A stretch of 64,000 bases of DNA from Clostridiales bacterium. GTDB lineage: Bacteria > Bacillota > Clostridia > Christensenellales > Pumilibacteraceae. The notes beneath the pieces were generated by a model. It did no database searches. It had not been told where the DNA came from and was given only the letters and a program-made list of their open reading frames with translations. The stretch lies in contig JAIDCZ010000029.1 in the NCBI GenBank assembly GCA_029055565.1, positions 9,973 through 73,972 of the forward strand, given 5' to 3'. The position numbers and the translations under genes were made by a program. Below, in pieces: positions 30,362 to 40,138 of this stretch (positions are counted from its first letter, which is position 1; each line of letters opens with the position of its first letter).

Positions 30362-31210
30362 TTACGCCTTTTTGAAAAGATTGCACACGGCTTGGTGCGC
30401 GTGCCGTTCAAAGTCCGCATACGTTCTGCCGCGCGACATAGCCTCGTCGAAGTCTATCTCGTATGCGTTGAAGTCCGGACCGTCGACGCACGCGAACTTT
30501 GTAACGCGCTTACCGTCTTGAACGAGCGTGATACGGCAACCGCCGCACATACCGGTTCCGTCGATCATGATAGGGTTCATGGACGCCGTTACCGGAATTC
30601 CGAACGGCTTAGCCGTCAACGTTACGAACTTCATCATGACGAGCGGGCCGATAGTGATGATCATATCGAACTTTTCGCCGGCCTCCAGCATTTCCTTTAG
30701 CGGCACGGTAACGTTGCCTTGCCGCGCATACGAGCCGTCGTCGGTCATAACGACCAGCTTATCCGAGCACGCTTTGAACTCGTCCTCGAGAATGAGCAAG
30801 TCCTTGTTTCTGAACCCGATAATACTCGTAACATCGGCGCCCAAACGGTGGAACTCTTGTGCGACCGGCATAGCGATAGCGCAACCCACGCCGCCGCCGA
30901 CGATACAAACCTTTTTGATTCCGTCGGTATGCGTAGCGACGCCCAAAGGCCCCGCAAAGTCTTGGATATATTCGCCCGCTTGCTTATGGTTCAAAAGCTC
31001 GGTGGTCGCACCGACTACTTGAAAAATAATCTTGACGGTGCCCTCGGCGGGATTACTGCCCGCAATTGTGAGCGGGATGCGTTCGCCCTCCTCGTCGACG
31101 CGCAGAATAATGAACTGCCCCGGCTTAGCCTTTTTGGCAACGAGCGGCGCGTCGATTTCCATTTGCGTAACGGTGGGGTTCAATACTTTCTTTCTAACGA
31201 TTTTATACAT
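30362..31210 (-). CDS. nfnA: NfnA/SudB small subunit (FAD, [2Fe-2S])
   Basis: KPGQFIILR, ERIPLT, GGGVG, MIDGTGMCGGCR..FACVDGPDF. Confidence 0.9.
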   Translation of the reverse strand: MYKIVRKKVLNPTVTQMEIDAPLVAKKAKPGQFIILRVDEEGERIPLTIAGSNPAEGTVKIIFQVVGATTELLNHKQAGEYIQDFAGPLGVATHTDGIKKVCIVGGGVGCAIAMPVAQEFHRLGADVTSIIGFRNKDLLILEDEFKACSDKLVVMTDDGSYARQGNVTVPLKEMLEAGEKFDMIITIGPLVMMKFVTLTAKPFGIPVTASMNPIMIDGTGMCGGCRITLVQDGKRVTKFACVDGPDFNAYEIDFDEAMSRGRTYADFERHAHQAVCNLFKKA

Positions 31211-31230
31211 ACGAATCCTTCCCGAAAAAT

Positions 31231-32034
31231 TTACGGCCGCTGGCCCATTCCGCCTTCCAGCGTAAGCGTTTCGCCCGACATGTACTTAAAGTCGGGAGAA
31301 GCGAGCTGAACGCACACTCTGCCTATTTCAAGCTCGGAGTTGCCGTAGTGCCCCATGGGCGGCATGTGCACGTTGGCCTTGAACGCGTCGGGGTACGCTT
31401 CTTGGAACTGTTCGAGCTGCGACGTCCACGCGAGCGGGCAGACGACGTTTACGTTTATTCCGTCCTTGCCCCACTCGGTAGCGGCAACGCGGCTCAAGCC
31501 TCTTATGCCCTCTTTTGCGGCGGCGTACGCGCACTGACCGTAATTGCCAAACAAGCCTGCGCCGCTTGCAAAGTTGATAACCGAGCCTTTGGTTTCCTTA
31601 AGATAAGGATAGCACGCCTTCATGTAATAGAACGCAGAGTACAGTCCCGAATACATTGCAAGGTTGAACTGATCGGTGGTGTGGTCGGCAAGCGTAACGC
31701 CCGAAGCGGAAGCCTGCGCATTGTTGATAAGCACGTCGATTCTGCCAAACGCCTTTATCGTCTTGTCGATTACGCCCTTAACCACGGCCTCGTTGTCCGC
31801 ACCGGCGTTGATATCCGCCGCAACGGTAAGCACCTTAATGCCGTACTGCTTTTCCAGCTCCTCTTTGGCCTCGACAAGCTTTTGCTCGTTGCGGCCGGTA
31901 AGTACCAAGTTGGCGCCCTCCTTGGCGTACGCGATTGCAATGCCGTAGCCGATTGAACCGGCCGAACCGTCCTTTAACGGCTTAGCTCTGCCGCCGCCGG
32001 TAATGATGGCGGTTTTACCCTTTAAAAATCCCAT
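31231..32034 (-). CDS. SDR, probable 12alpha-hydroxysteroid dehydrogenase
   Basis: TGGG..GSIGYGIA.AYAKEGANLVLTGRN, NNAQASASG, YAAAKEGIRGLSRVAATEWG, MSGETLTLEGGMGQRP match my recollection of characterised clostridial 12alpha-HSDHs. Confidence 0.82.
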   Translation of the reverse strand: MGFLKGKTAIITGGGRAKPLKDGSAGSIGYGIAIAYAKEGANLVLTGRNEQKLVEAKEELEKQYGIKVLTVAADINAGADNEAVVKGVIDKTIKAFGRIDVLINNAQASASGVTLADHTTDQFNLAMYSGLYSAFYYMKACYPYLKETKGSVINFASGAGLFGNYGQCAYAAAKEGIRGLSRVAATEWGKDGINVNVVCPLAWTSQLEQFQEAYPDAFKANVHMPPMGHYGNSELEIGRVCVQLASPDFKYMSGETLTLEGGMGQRP

Positions 32035-32052
32035 AATGATTCTCCTTATATA

Positions 32053-32799
32053 TTAGGTGCGGGCAAGCCCGTCAACGCTCAACACTACGCCGGTGATGTA
32101 GCTTGCCTTTTCCGAAGCAAGGAACACGAGCGCGTTGGCAATATCCTCCGGCTTGCCGATACGGTGCAAGGGAATGGAATTGATAAGCGGCTCGATAACT
32201 TGCTGAGGCAACGCCTTGACCATATCCGTTTCGGTAACGCCGGGGGCGACCGCGTTTACGCGCACGCCCTTGGGCGCAAGCTCGCGTGCGAGCGAAAGCG
32301 TAAAGCCGTTTACCGCAAACTTGGACGTGGGATACGCAATGCCGGCGGGCTGTCCGTAACGGCTGACCATGGACGATACGTTAAGAATGCAACCGTTGCC
32401 TTGCTTGACCATGTAATCGCTGACCGCCTTGGAGCAGTTGTATACGCCTTTAACGTTCAAGTCCATAACGCGCTCGAACACCTCCTCGGTATAATTGAGG
32501 AAAGGCGTGTTTTCGGAAACGCCAGCGTTGTTGACCAAAACGTCTATTTTGCCGTACTTTTTGGCGACGGAATCGAACGCTTCCTTAACGCTTGCGTAGT
32601 CGGACAGATTGGGGCAAATGCCCTCCACCTTGGCCTTGGGGTCCTTGGCCTTTATGCCGTCTACGGCTTGCTGTGCGGTTTCCTTGCGACTGCCGCACAA
32701 AACTACGGTAGCGCCCTCTTTGAGAAAGGCCTCCACCACGGCAAGGCCGATACCGCGACTGCCGCCGGTAACGATAGCTACTTTGTTCTGTAAATCCAT
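32053..32799 (-). CDS. SDR, probable 3alpha-hydroxysteroid dehydrogenase
   Basis: TGGSRGIG, GSRKET, SSMVSRYGQPAG..YPTSKFAVNG, VIEPLINSIPL, LSVDGLAR resemble my recollection of the Ruminococcus gnavus 3alpha-HSDH. Confidence 0.75.
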   Translation of the reverse strand: MDLQNKVAIVTGGSRGIGLAVVEAFLKEGATVVLCGSRKETAQQAVDGIKAKDPKAKVEGICPNLSDYASVKEAFDSVAKKYGKIDVLVNNAGVSENTPFLNYTEEVFERVMDLNVKGVYNCSKAVSDYMVKQGNGCILNVSSMVSRYGQPAGIAYPTSKFAVNGFTLSLARELAPKGVRVNAVAPGVTETDMVKALPQQVIEPLINSIPLHRIGKPEDIANALVFLASEKASYITGVVLSVDGLART

Positions 32800-32865
32800 A
32801 ATGAAACTCCTTTTAAAATTAACAAAGAATTAGCCATAAGTGCGACTAATTCTTTATTGACAAGT

Positions 32866-32928
32866 TTATTGAAAATTATAAATCGACTTTAAAACGGTAA
32901 TCGCGGGAATTGTGAAATGTACCGTCAT
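32866..32928 (-). CDS. Putative 20-aa leader peptide (uORF)
   Basis: AAGGAG RBS; MTVHFTIPAITVLKSIYNFQ*; between promoter TTGACG-16-TATAAT (32989-32962) and the SDR operon. Confidence 0.45.
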   Translation of the reverse strand: MTVHFTIPAITVLKSIYNFQ

Positions 32929-33121
32929 AGATAAAAACTCCTTTGATTTGTCGATACTTTGATTATATCATTTTTTTCGGTTTCGTCAAGCGTTTCGAGC
33001 GAATTTTCTTGTCCGTCATCACCACTCCTTATCTATTATTAACTGCATTATACGATAATATTACGCACGTATCAATAAGTCGGACTATTACTCAAATCCA
33101 TACCGCGCATGTTACGAACAC

Positions 33122-33277
33122 AAAAAGCCTTGCGTTTCTTTCGCAAGGCTTTTAAGTTGACGTACAACTATTTATTCGGTTGTATTTTTTATCATTGCGC
33201 GTAGTGCCGTTGGTCGTGCCGATCGTGCCGCTCGTAGGCCGCGTAGGCGACAGCCTTGCGCGGCGCAGTAAATTATG
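33122..33277 (-). ncRNA. Candidate small RNA
   Basis: Own promoter TTGACA-16-TATAAT (33310-33283), own terminator (33122-33153), no credible ORF. Confidence 0.45.
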
Positions 33278-33356
33278 CTCGCATTATATAATATTAACAC
33301 CGTTTGTCAAACGGAAATACCGCCAAACGGACGCCCAAACAACTTGTAAAACGACA

Positions 33357-33388
33357 AACGGCTCTCGGTTTTTTCGAGAGCCGTTTTT
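33357..33388 (-). terminator. Terminator of the hybrid kinase gene
   Basis: aaacggctctcg-gttttt(t)-cgagagccgttt hairpin. Confidence 0.75.
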
Positions 33389-33397
33389 GGGTCGATA

Positions 33398-36300
33398 CTA
33401 TTTATTTAGTATATCTCTTAAGGTTTCCATCAGCTTGTCAATTTCGATAGGCTTGGCGGCGTAACCGTTCATGCCGGCGTCGAACGCTTCCTTTTTGTCC
33501 TCCTCGAACGCGTTAGCCGTCATTGCGACGATAGGAATATTCGCCTTGGCCTTGGTCTTCATAGCGCGGATTGCCTTGGTGGCCTCGTAACCGTTCATTA
33601 TGGGCATTTGCACGTCCATAAGTATAAGGTCGTAGGTGCCGGCGGGTTGCTTTTTCATTTTGTCCACGGCTATGCTGCCGTCGTCAGCCGTATCTACTAC
33701 GAATCCCGCCATCTCCAAGATGGACTGAGCAATCTCTTGGTTAAGCTCGTTGTCCTCGACGAGCAGTATCTTTTTGCCATCGAAGCTCGCTTGCGGCTCG
33801 TCCTCTTTTTGCTTGCCGCTATCCTTGGTAAAGGGTGCCGCCAAGATCTTGCGCAGTTCGGAAACGAACAGCGGTTTGGAACAGAACGCGGTTACGCCCG
33901 CTTCCTTGGCTTCCTTTTCCATATCCGACCAGTCGTACGCGGTGTTAATAATTATCATAGGTTCGTCGCCTATCGCCTTGCGCAGTCGGCGCACCAGCTC
34001 CACACCGTTCATATCGGGCATTAGCCAGTCTATTATGTACACGCTGTACGGATCGTTTTGCTCCACCGCGAACTTACTGCGAACTATAGCTTCCTTGGCG
34101 AGCGTAGTCCAGTCGGGGCGCATACCGATAGAGGAAAGCATTTTGCTCACGCTCATACATGTATTGACGTCGTCGTCCACGACGAGCGCTTTTTGGTTTT
34201 CCAGTTGGACCACCTTTTGCTCGTCCACCACGGCGTCGGCCACGCGGAACCTAAACGTAACTATAAATTCCGATCCCTTGCCCAGCTCGCTCTTAACCTT
34301 GATAGTACCGTTCATCATGTCGACGATATTCTTGGTTATGGCAAGGCCGAGACCGGTGCCTTGAATACCGCTTACCGTCGCGGTCTGTTCGCGCTCGAAC
34401 GGCTCGAACACGTGCTTTAGGAACTCGGGGCTCATGCCTATTCCGGTGTCCTTAACGCTGAACGTAAAGGTGGCGTAGCCGTCCTCCGCTTCGCCCGTCT
34501 GCGCCACGCGCACGCTGACCGTGCCACCCGGCTTGGTGTACTTCATAGCGTTGCTGAGAATGTTGAGCAATACTTGGTTCAAGCGCAGCTTGTCACAGAT
34601 AATGGTTTCGTTTGTTACGTCCAAGGTGTCGAGGTAGAATTCCAACTGCTTGGACTTGACGTCGGCTTGGACTATGGTCTTAAGGTCGTGCATGATTTCG
34701 GGCAAGCTGGTTTCCTTTTCCTCTATCTTGACCTTGCCGCTTTCGATACGGCTCATATCCAAAACGTCGTTTATTAGGCTGAGCAAGTGGTTGCCGGACG
34801 TCATAATCTTGCCCAAATAGCTACGCACTTGGTCGGCGTTTTCCGCATGCGTGGTGGCCAGCGACGTAAAGCCGATAATGGCGTTCATAGGCGTGCGAAT
34901 GTCGTGCGACATGTTGTTGAGGAAGGTCGTCTTGGCCTTGTTGGCGTACTGGGCTTGTGCAAGCGCTTCCTCCAAAATGACCTTTTGCTCTTGCTCCTTG
35001 CGGATAACCTCGTCTATATTGCGGAAGCCGACGAGAATAAACCCGCCGTTACCATTGGCGTCGTCCGAAATTTTGAGGAACGCGTACTGCAAGTGGTGAA
35101 CCTCGTCGCCGTCGAGTATACGGTAGCTGCCCATATAATTGGGGTGCTCGCGCAACTGCTCTTGCACCTTGTCGAGCGCCATAGCGGCAATAAGCTCTTC
35201 TTGGTCGTCGGGATGAACGCGAGTACGGATATAGTTTTCCAGTATGGTCTTGTAGTCGTATTCTTCGGTCGAATCCTTGTTGATGCCTTCGGTTACGTAC
35301 CCCTCCAGCTTGATTATACGCGCGGTCGACTTCTTTTCGTTTATGGAGTAAACGTTGGTATAGTCGCGGCTAAGCGCTTCGACTATGGCAAGCTGTTCGC
35401 CCATCTTTTTGTTGGACTGCTCGGTGTTGTGCAACAGCTTTTTGTTCCAACGCCCGCGAAGGTACAGCACCACGATAACGCCGATAATAAGCGCAAGCGC
35501 CACGAGCACGGCTACTATTATTATTGGATTCTCTTTTAAGTATTCCCAAAAACTAAGCTCGCCCACGGTGTAGGTTATGTACTTGAGCGACAGCTGGTTA
35601 ATCGTATCATCCGGCGTGTACTTGATGCACTTGTTGAGTATTGTAATCAGTTCGTGATCGGCGTTCTCCCCGACGTGCATGGTAAACCGTGCGCTCAAGC
35701 CGAGTACGCTGTAGTACAAGGAATCGGTGGTATCCTTGTCGACGAATACCTGCGCGGTGTACGCGTACACGTACGCGGCGTCCACCTTGCCGTCTTGCAC
35801 TGCGCGCATAGCCGCCTCGCCGGTCGCGTAATCCTTAATAATATAATTGTTTTTTAGGCTGTCGATGGGCAACAAGCTTTTGCCTTGCGATTCCGACACG
35901 GCTATAGTCTTGATAGAACCGCTGTGGTCGTTACGCGTAACGCGCGCCATACGCACCGACATATAGCTTTCGGTATTAAAGCCGCGCTTGTCGTCGTCCT
36001 CGTACGTATCCTCGGCGCCGAGGCTGTCTATAACCACGTCCACGGTGTTGACGAGCTCGGCGTACTCCTTTTCGTTTTTGGGCGCGACGAAGGTATACGG
36101 CAGTTGGTCTACGCCGTCAACCTCGTTGGCGATAACCTTCATAAGCTCGGCAAAGTAGTCGGGCATAATGCCTTTTAGCGTGCCGTTTTCGGTATAGGAG
36201 TACGGCGCGTTATTGCCGAACGCCGTTACGGTTATCGGCCGATCCAGCTCGAGCAATCTGTTTACGTACGCTATTTCGCGCGCAGTAAACGCAATCTTAT

Positions 36301-37168
36301 CGGAATACGCGGGGCCGTAATACTTGTAGTACAACGTGTTTTTCCAGTCGCCCTCGTTAATATCCATCTGCCCGATTGCGTAGTTGATTTCCCTAAGCAG
36401 CTCGAGGCCTTCCGCATCCTTGCGCACGATTGCGTAAAAGTCGTCGCTACCGATAATTTCCAAAGTTTTTTCGTGCTCGGCTTTTCGGAGATCGCTGGTT
36501 ACAATCGCGTCAATCTCGCCGCTCTTAAGCGCGGCGGCAAGCTCGGAATCGTCCTTGTAATCATTCTTTATAATGGGAGTAAAGCCCTTGCGCCGTATAA
36601 ATTCATCCAGCTCAGCTCTTTTGTTGTTGCCGAGCAAACCTATTCTCATTCCGTTGTAGTCGGAATAATCGCCGTCATCATAGCGCGTATCGTTTTCTCG
36701 TATGGATATTACGGTGTTTTTTCTACCGATAGGCATGGAATATGCAAACTCTGCGGCACGATCTTCGCTCCAGCTGACCGAGGTCACAACGTCGAATTCC
36801 TTGTCCTCCAGCTTTTTGCTGACTACCGACCAGTTCCAGTCGAGATCGTAATCCACGTATTGAAAGTTGAGCCGCGAATGCTTGGACACGAGGTTCAAAA
36901 ACTCTATGCCGTAGCCGGATAGCTTGCCGTCGTCATCCTTCATGTGATAGCCGGCAAAGTTGAAAACGCACGCCTTGTACGTGCGACTATCAGACTGCGT
37001 TTCGCCCGAAGCCGCCTTGGGGCACGCAAAAACGAACAACAAGCTCGTTGCAAGTATCAATAGTATAGCGACGCACGTCAACACGCGCGCCTTAACCGAA
37101 GCGAAGCCGGCGCACAGCGCCCTTTCCCCGCGTCCGTGCGATTTTTTATATCTAAAACTGTTATTCAT
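33398..37168 (-). CDS. Hybrid sensor histidine kinase: two extracellular solute-binding domains, HisKA/HATPase, two receiver domains
   Basis: FLNNMSHDIRTPMNAI H-box, GTGLGL G-box, VVDDD..IIDWLMP and LVEDN..LMDVQMP REC domains; GGAG RBS before ATG 37168. Confidence 0.93.
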   Translation of the reverse strand: MNNSFRYKKSHGRGERALCAGFASVKARVLTCVAILLILATSLLFVFACPKAASGETQSDSRTYKACVFNFAGYHMKDDDGKLSGYGIEFLNLVSKHSRLNFQYVDYDLDWNWSVVSKKLEDKEFDVVTSVSWSEDRAAEFAYSMPIGRKNTVISIRENDTRYDDGDYSDYNGMRIGLLGNNKRAELDEFIRRKGFTPIIKNDYKDDSELAAALKSGEIDAIVTSDLRKAEHEKTLEIIGSDDFYAIVRKDAEGLELLREINYAIGQMDINEGDWKNTLYYKYYGPAYSDKIAFTAREIAYVNRLLELDRPITVTAFGNNAPYSYTENGTLKGIMPDYFAELMKVIANEVDGVDQLPYTFVAPKNEKEYAELVNTVDVVIDSLGAEDTYEDDDKRGFNTESYMSVRMARVTRNDHSGSIKTIAVSESQGKSLLPIDSLKNNYIIKDYATGEAAMRAVQDGKVDAAYVYAYTAQVFVDKDTTDSLYYSVLGLSARFTMHVGENADHELITILNKCIKYTPDDTINQLSLKYITYTVGELSFWEYLKENPIIIVAVLVALALIIGVIVVLYLRGRWNKKLLHNTEQSNKKMGEQLAIVEALSRDYTNVYSINEKKSTARIIKLEGYVTEGINKDSTEEYDYKTILENYIRTRVHPDDQEELIAAMALDKVQEQLREHPNYMGSYRILDGDEVHHLQYAFLKISDDANGNGGFILVGFRNIDEVIRKEQEQKVILEEALAQAQYANKAKTTFLNNMSHDIRTPMNAIIGFTSLATTHAENADQVRSYLGKIMTSGNHLLSLINDVLDMSRIESGKVKIEEKETSLPEIMHDLKTIVQADVKSKQLEFYLDTLDVTNETIICDKLRLNQVLLNILSNAMKYTKPGGTVSVRVAQTGEAEDGYATFTFSVKDTGIGMSPEFLKHVFEPFEREQTATVSGIQGTGLGLAITKNIVDMMNGTIKVKSELGKGSEFIVTFRFRVADAVVDEQKVVQLENQKALVVDDDVNTCMSVSKMLSSIGMRPDWTTLAKEAIVRSKFAVEQNDPYSVYIIDWLMPDMNGVELVRRLRKAIGDEPMIIINTAYDWSDMEKEAKEAGVTAFCSKPLFVSELRKILAAPFTKDSGKQKEDEPQASFDGKKILLVEDNELNQEIAQSILEMAGFVVDTADDGSIAVDKMKKQPAGTYDLILMDVQMPIMNGYEATKAIRAMKTKAKANIPIVAMTANAFEEDKKEAFDAGMNGYAAKPIEIDKLMETLRDILNK

Positions 37169-37310
37169 TTTTATCTCCACCATAACATTATATCACGTTT
37201 GCACAATTAAAGCAATACTTTACAAGACTTAATTGCATAATGCCTAATATATTCAAAAAACAAACCCCATGCGCCGTGCGTATGGGGTCGATGCGTAGCG
37301 AATGCTGAGT

Positions 37311-38345
37311 TTACTTCTTTACCAAGCAGTGCAAAAACTCTACCGTCTTGTCCGTTTTGGCCTCCCTTGCGCTGTCGGCCTTGTATCGACGGTGGTCTTG
37401 GATAAAGTATTTATACTTGCCGTGTTTTTTCATTATACGCTCTATGGCGTCGCACGACATAAGCCCCTCGTTGTTATAGCTAAGGAATATATACTTGAAC
37501 TGCGCATTTTTGATAAGCTCGGCAAACGCCTTTTCCACTTGACCCTTAATGCAAAACACGCTCTTTTGCTCGGAATATTCCCTAAGTCCGGTCTTGCCGT
37601 AAATGGCGGGATCGTCGTACCGCGCAATAGTTTCCAGCAAATGGTAGTTGGTGCAATACTGCCGCGCGTTGTACGGCGGGTCCAAGTACAATATATCCCC
37701 CGAAACGCGGGTAATAAGCTTGCTTATGTCCTCGTTGTAAACCCTACAATTAACCTCGGTATCGGACAACGGCAACGGCGTAAGCTTCATTTCGTTTTGC
37801 GCGGACTTTTTTATCTGCTTTAGGTACGCGCCGTACACCGAAGCCGTGTTGGCGTACTTGTCTATGCTGTTTATAAGCGAGGCGAGCAAAAAGAAGTATT
37901 CGTTGTCGTTGATTTCACCCTTAACGTGCATGTCCTCTATAGCCAAACGCATACCGTCGCACTTTTTTGCGTTGTGCTCGGTAAAATACATGCGCCTATG
38001 CTCTTGCCCTTCCGTACCCTCGTAGCAGTAGTTTTTGTATATAAACCCTTCCACGCCGTCCACGGCGTTGAGTTTGTCGATAAGCCGCAAGCATGCGCCC
38101 TCATCCAGCTTGCCGCCGTTTTCTATGGCGTGCTTGTTTATTACGTAGCTAAAGTACTGAATATCGTTTGCTATAATGGAATATCCGTCTTGCATAAACG
38201 CCGCACTCACTACGCCGGTTCCGGCAAAAAGATCAGCAAAAGTCATTTCGGCCGGACTGCGCGTTTCACCGTTCGCTTCCAGCGTTTTGGCGACCGACGA
38301 CTTTAAAAAATTTATCAGCGAATATTTGGACCCGATATAGTTCAT
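37311..38345 (-). CDS. Orphan N6-adenine DNA methyltransferase (D12 class, M.NlaIII/FokI-like)
   Basis: MNYIGSK, DLFAGTG (motif I), YLDPPYN (motif IV), LSYNNEG. Confidence 0.9.
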   Translation of the reverse strand: MNYIGSKYSLINFLKSSVAKTLEANGETRSPAEMTFADLFAGTGVVSAAFMQDGYSIIANDIQYFSYVINKHAIENGGKLDEGACLRLIDKLNAVDGVEGFIYKNYCYEGTEGQEHRRMYFTEHNAKKCDGMRLAIEDMHVKGEINDNEYFFLLASLINSIDKYANTASVYGAYLKQIKKSAQNEMKLTPLPLSDTEVNCRVYNEDISKLITRVSGDILYLDPPYNARQYCTNYHLLETIARYDDPAIYGKTGLREYSEQKSVFCIKGQVEKAFAELIKNAQFKYIFLSYNNEGLMSCDAIERIMKKHGKYKYFIQDHRRYKADSAREAKTDKTVEFLHCLVKK

Positions 38346-38483
38346 AGTTTTTCCTTAATCGTTATTGATAATATAATACCACTTTTTGCGCAAACAGTAA
38401 AGCGGATAGCTTAACTTTGAATAAATAATTGGATACAACGCAAAGCATTTGACAGAATTATCAAAATACAATAGAATAACGGT

Positions 38484-39065
38484 ATGGGAGATATTATGGA
38501 TAACGAACAGTTCAAAGAGAAAATGAAAGAGCGCGCCTATATAGAGGCTGGGTCGGAAATGCACCTACACATGCACGAAATGGCGCAACGCGCAAGGACG
38601 CTTACCGCGCAAATGAACGGCGGCTATCAACCGCCAGAGCGGCTGCGTGAACTTTTTTCCGAGCTTATAGGCCGACCGGTGGACGAAGGGTTTGGGCTGT
38701 TTCCGCCATTCTACGCAGACTACGGCGGAAATATCACCGTCGGCAAAAACGTGTTTATCAATTCCGGCTGTTGCTTTCAAGACCAAGGCGGCATAGAAAT
38801 CGGCGACGATGTGCTTATCGGCCAGCAAGTGGTTATAGCAACGCTCAACCATGACTTAGCCCCCGCAAAGCGCGCCAACATGCTGCCCGCGCCGGTAAAG
38901 ATTGGCAACGGCGTGTGGATAGGCGCGCACGCCACCATACTCGCCGGCGTTACCATAGGCGACGGCGCAGTGGTTGCCGCGGGCGCGGTAGTAACCAAGG
39001 ACGTGCCGGCCAATACCGTGGTGGGCGGCGTGCCCGCAAAAGCAATAAAAACCGTAAAGGAGTAA
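38484..39065 (+). CDS. Sugar O-acetyltransferase (Maa/LacA hexapeptide family)
   Basis: [11 protein letters not shown], hexapeptide repeats, [15 protein letters not shown]. Confidence 0.9.
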   Translation: MGDIMDNEQFKEKMKERAYIEAGSEMHLHMHEMAQRARTLTAQMNGGYQPPERLRELFSELIGRPVDEGFGLFPPFYADYGGNITVGKNVFINSGCCFQDQGGIEIGDDVLIGQQVVIATLNHDLAPAKRANMLPAPVKIGNGVWIGAHATILAGVTIGDGAVVAAGAVVTKDVPANTVVGGVPAKAIKTVKE

Positions 39066-39070
39066 ATATA

Positions 39071-40045
39071 ATGAAAGAAGAATTGAAGCTTTCGCAAGAA
39101 TGGGACAAGACGTTCCCAAAAAGCGACAAGGTAAACCACGAAAAAGTGACATTTCACAACCGCTACGGCATAACGCTTGCCGCCGACCTATACGCGCCAA
39201 AAGCCGCAAATTGCAAGCTTGCCGCCATTGCGGTATGCGGACCGTTCGGCGCGGTCAAGGAGCAGTCGTCCGGACTTTACGCCATGCTTATGGCAGAGCG
39301 CGGATTTTTGACTATTGCCTTCGACCCGTCGTTTACCGGCGAGAGCGGCGGTCAGCCTAGGTACGTCGCTTCCCCCGATATAAACACGGAGGACTTTTGC
39401 GCGGCGGTGGATTACCTTAGCTGTCGCGACGACGTGGACGAAAACAAAATAGGCATTATCGGCATTTGCGGCTGGGGCGGTATGGCCATAAACGCGGCGG
39501 CTGTTGACACGCGCATCAAGGCTACCGTAGCTTCCACCATGTACGACATGACGCGAGTAAACGCCAAGGGCTACTTTGACGGCGCGGACAGCGAACAGGC
39601 CCGCTACGAAACCAAGCAAGCGCTTAACGCCCAGCGCATACGCGACTATAAAAACGGCAGTTACGAGCTTGGCGGCGGCGTGGTTGATCCGCTGCCCGAC
39701 GACGCACCATTCTTCGTAAAGGACTACTACGACTACTACAAAACCAAGCGCGGCTATCACGAGCGTTCGCTAAACTCCAACGGCGGCTGGAACAAAACCT
39801 CGGCGCTTTCGTTTATAAACATGCCAATACTCGCCTACTCCAACGAGATACGCAGTGCCGTGCTCGTTATGCACGGCGACAAGGCGCATTCGTGCTACTT
39901 TAGCAAGGACGCGTACAAAAACTTGAGGGGCGACAACAAAGAGCTACTGCTTATAAAGGGCGCCGTCCACACCGACTTGTACGACAGAACGGATATTATC
40001 CCCTTCGACAAGCTGGAAAGCTTTTTCAAAGCGAATATGAATTAA
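39071..40045 (+). CDS. Alpha/beta hydrolase (YcjY-like)
   Basis: GPFGAVKEQ, GESGG, GICGWGG nucleophile elbow, HTDLYD. Confidence 0.88.
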   Translation: MKEELKLSQEWDKTFPKSDKVNHEKVTFHNRYGITLAADLYAPKAANCKLAAIAVCGPFGAVKEQSSGLYAMLMAERGFLTIAFDPSFTGESGGQPRYVASPDINTEDFCAAVDYLSCRDDVDENKIGIIGICGWGGMAINAAAVDTRIKATVASTMYDMTRVNAKGYFDGADSEQARYETKQALNAQRIRDYKNGSYELGGGVVDPLPDDAPFFVKDYYDYYKTKRGYHERSLNSNGGWNKTSALSFINMPILAYSNEIRSAVLVMHGDKAHSCYFSKDAYKNLRGDNKELLLIKGAVHTDLYDRTDIIPFDKLESFFKANMN

Positions 40046-40138
40046 GTAATGATTTACAAACAATCGCCGATGTATTTGATAATGCAACGGCGATTTTCAA
40101 TATTGACTGAATATATTAAATATGCTATAATGTTTAAT

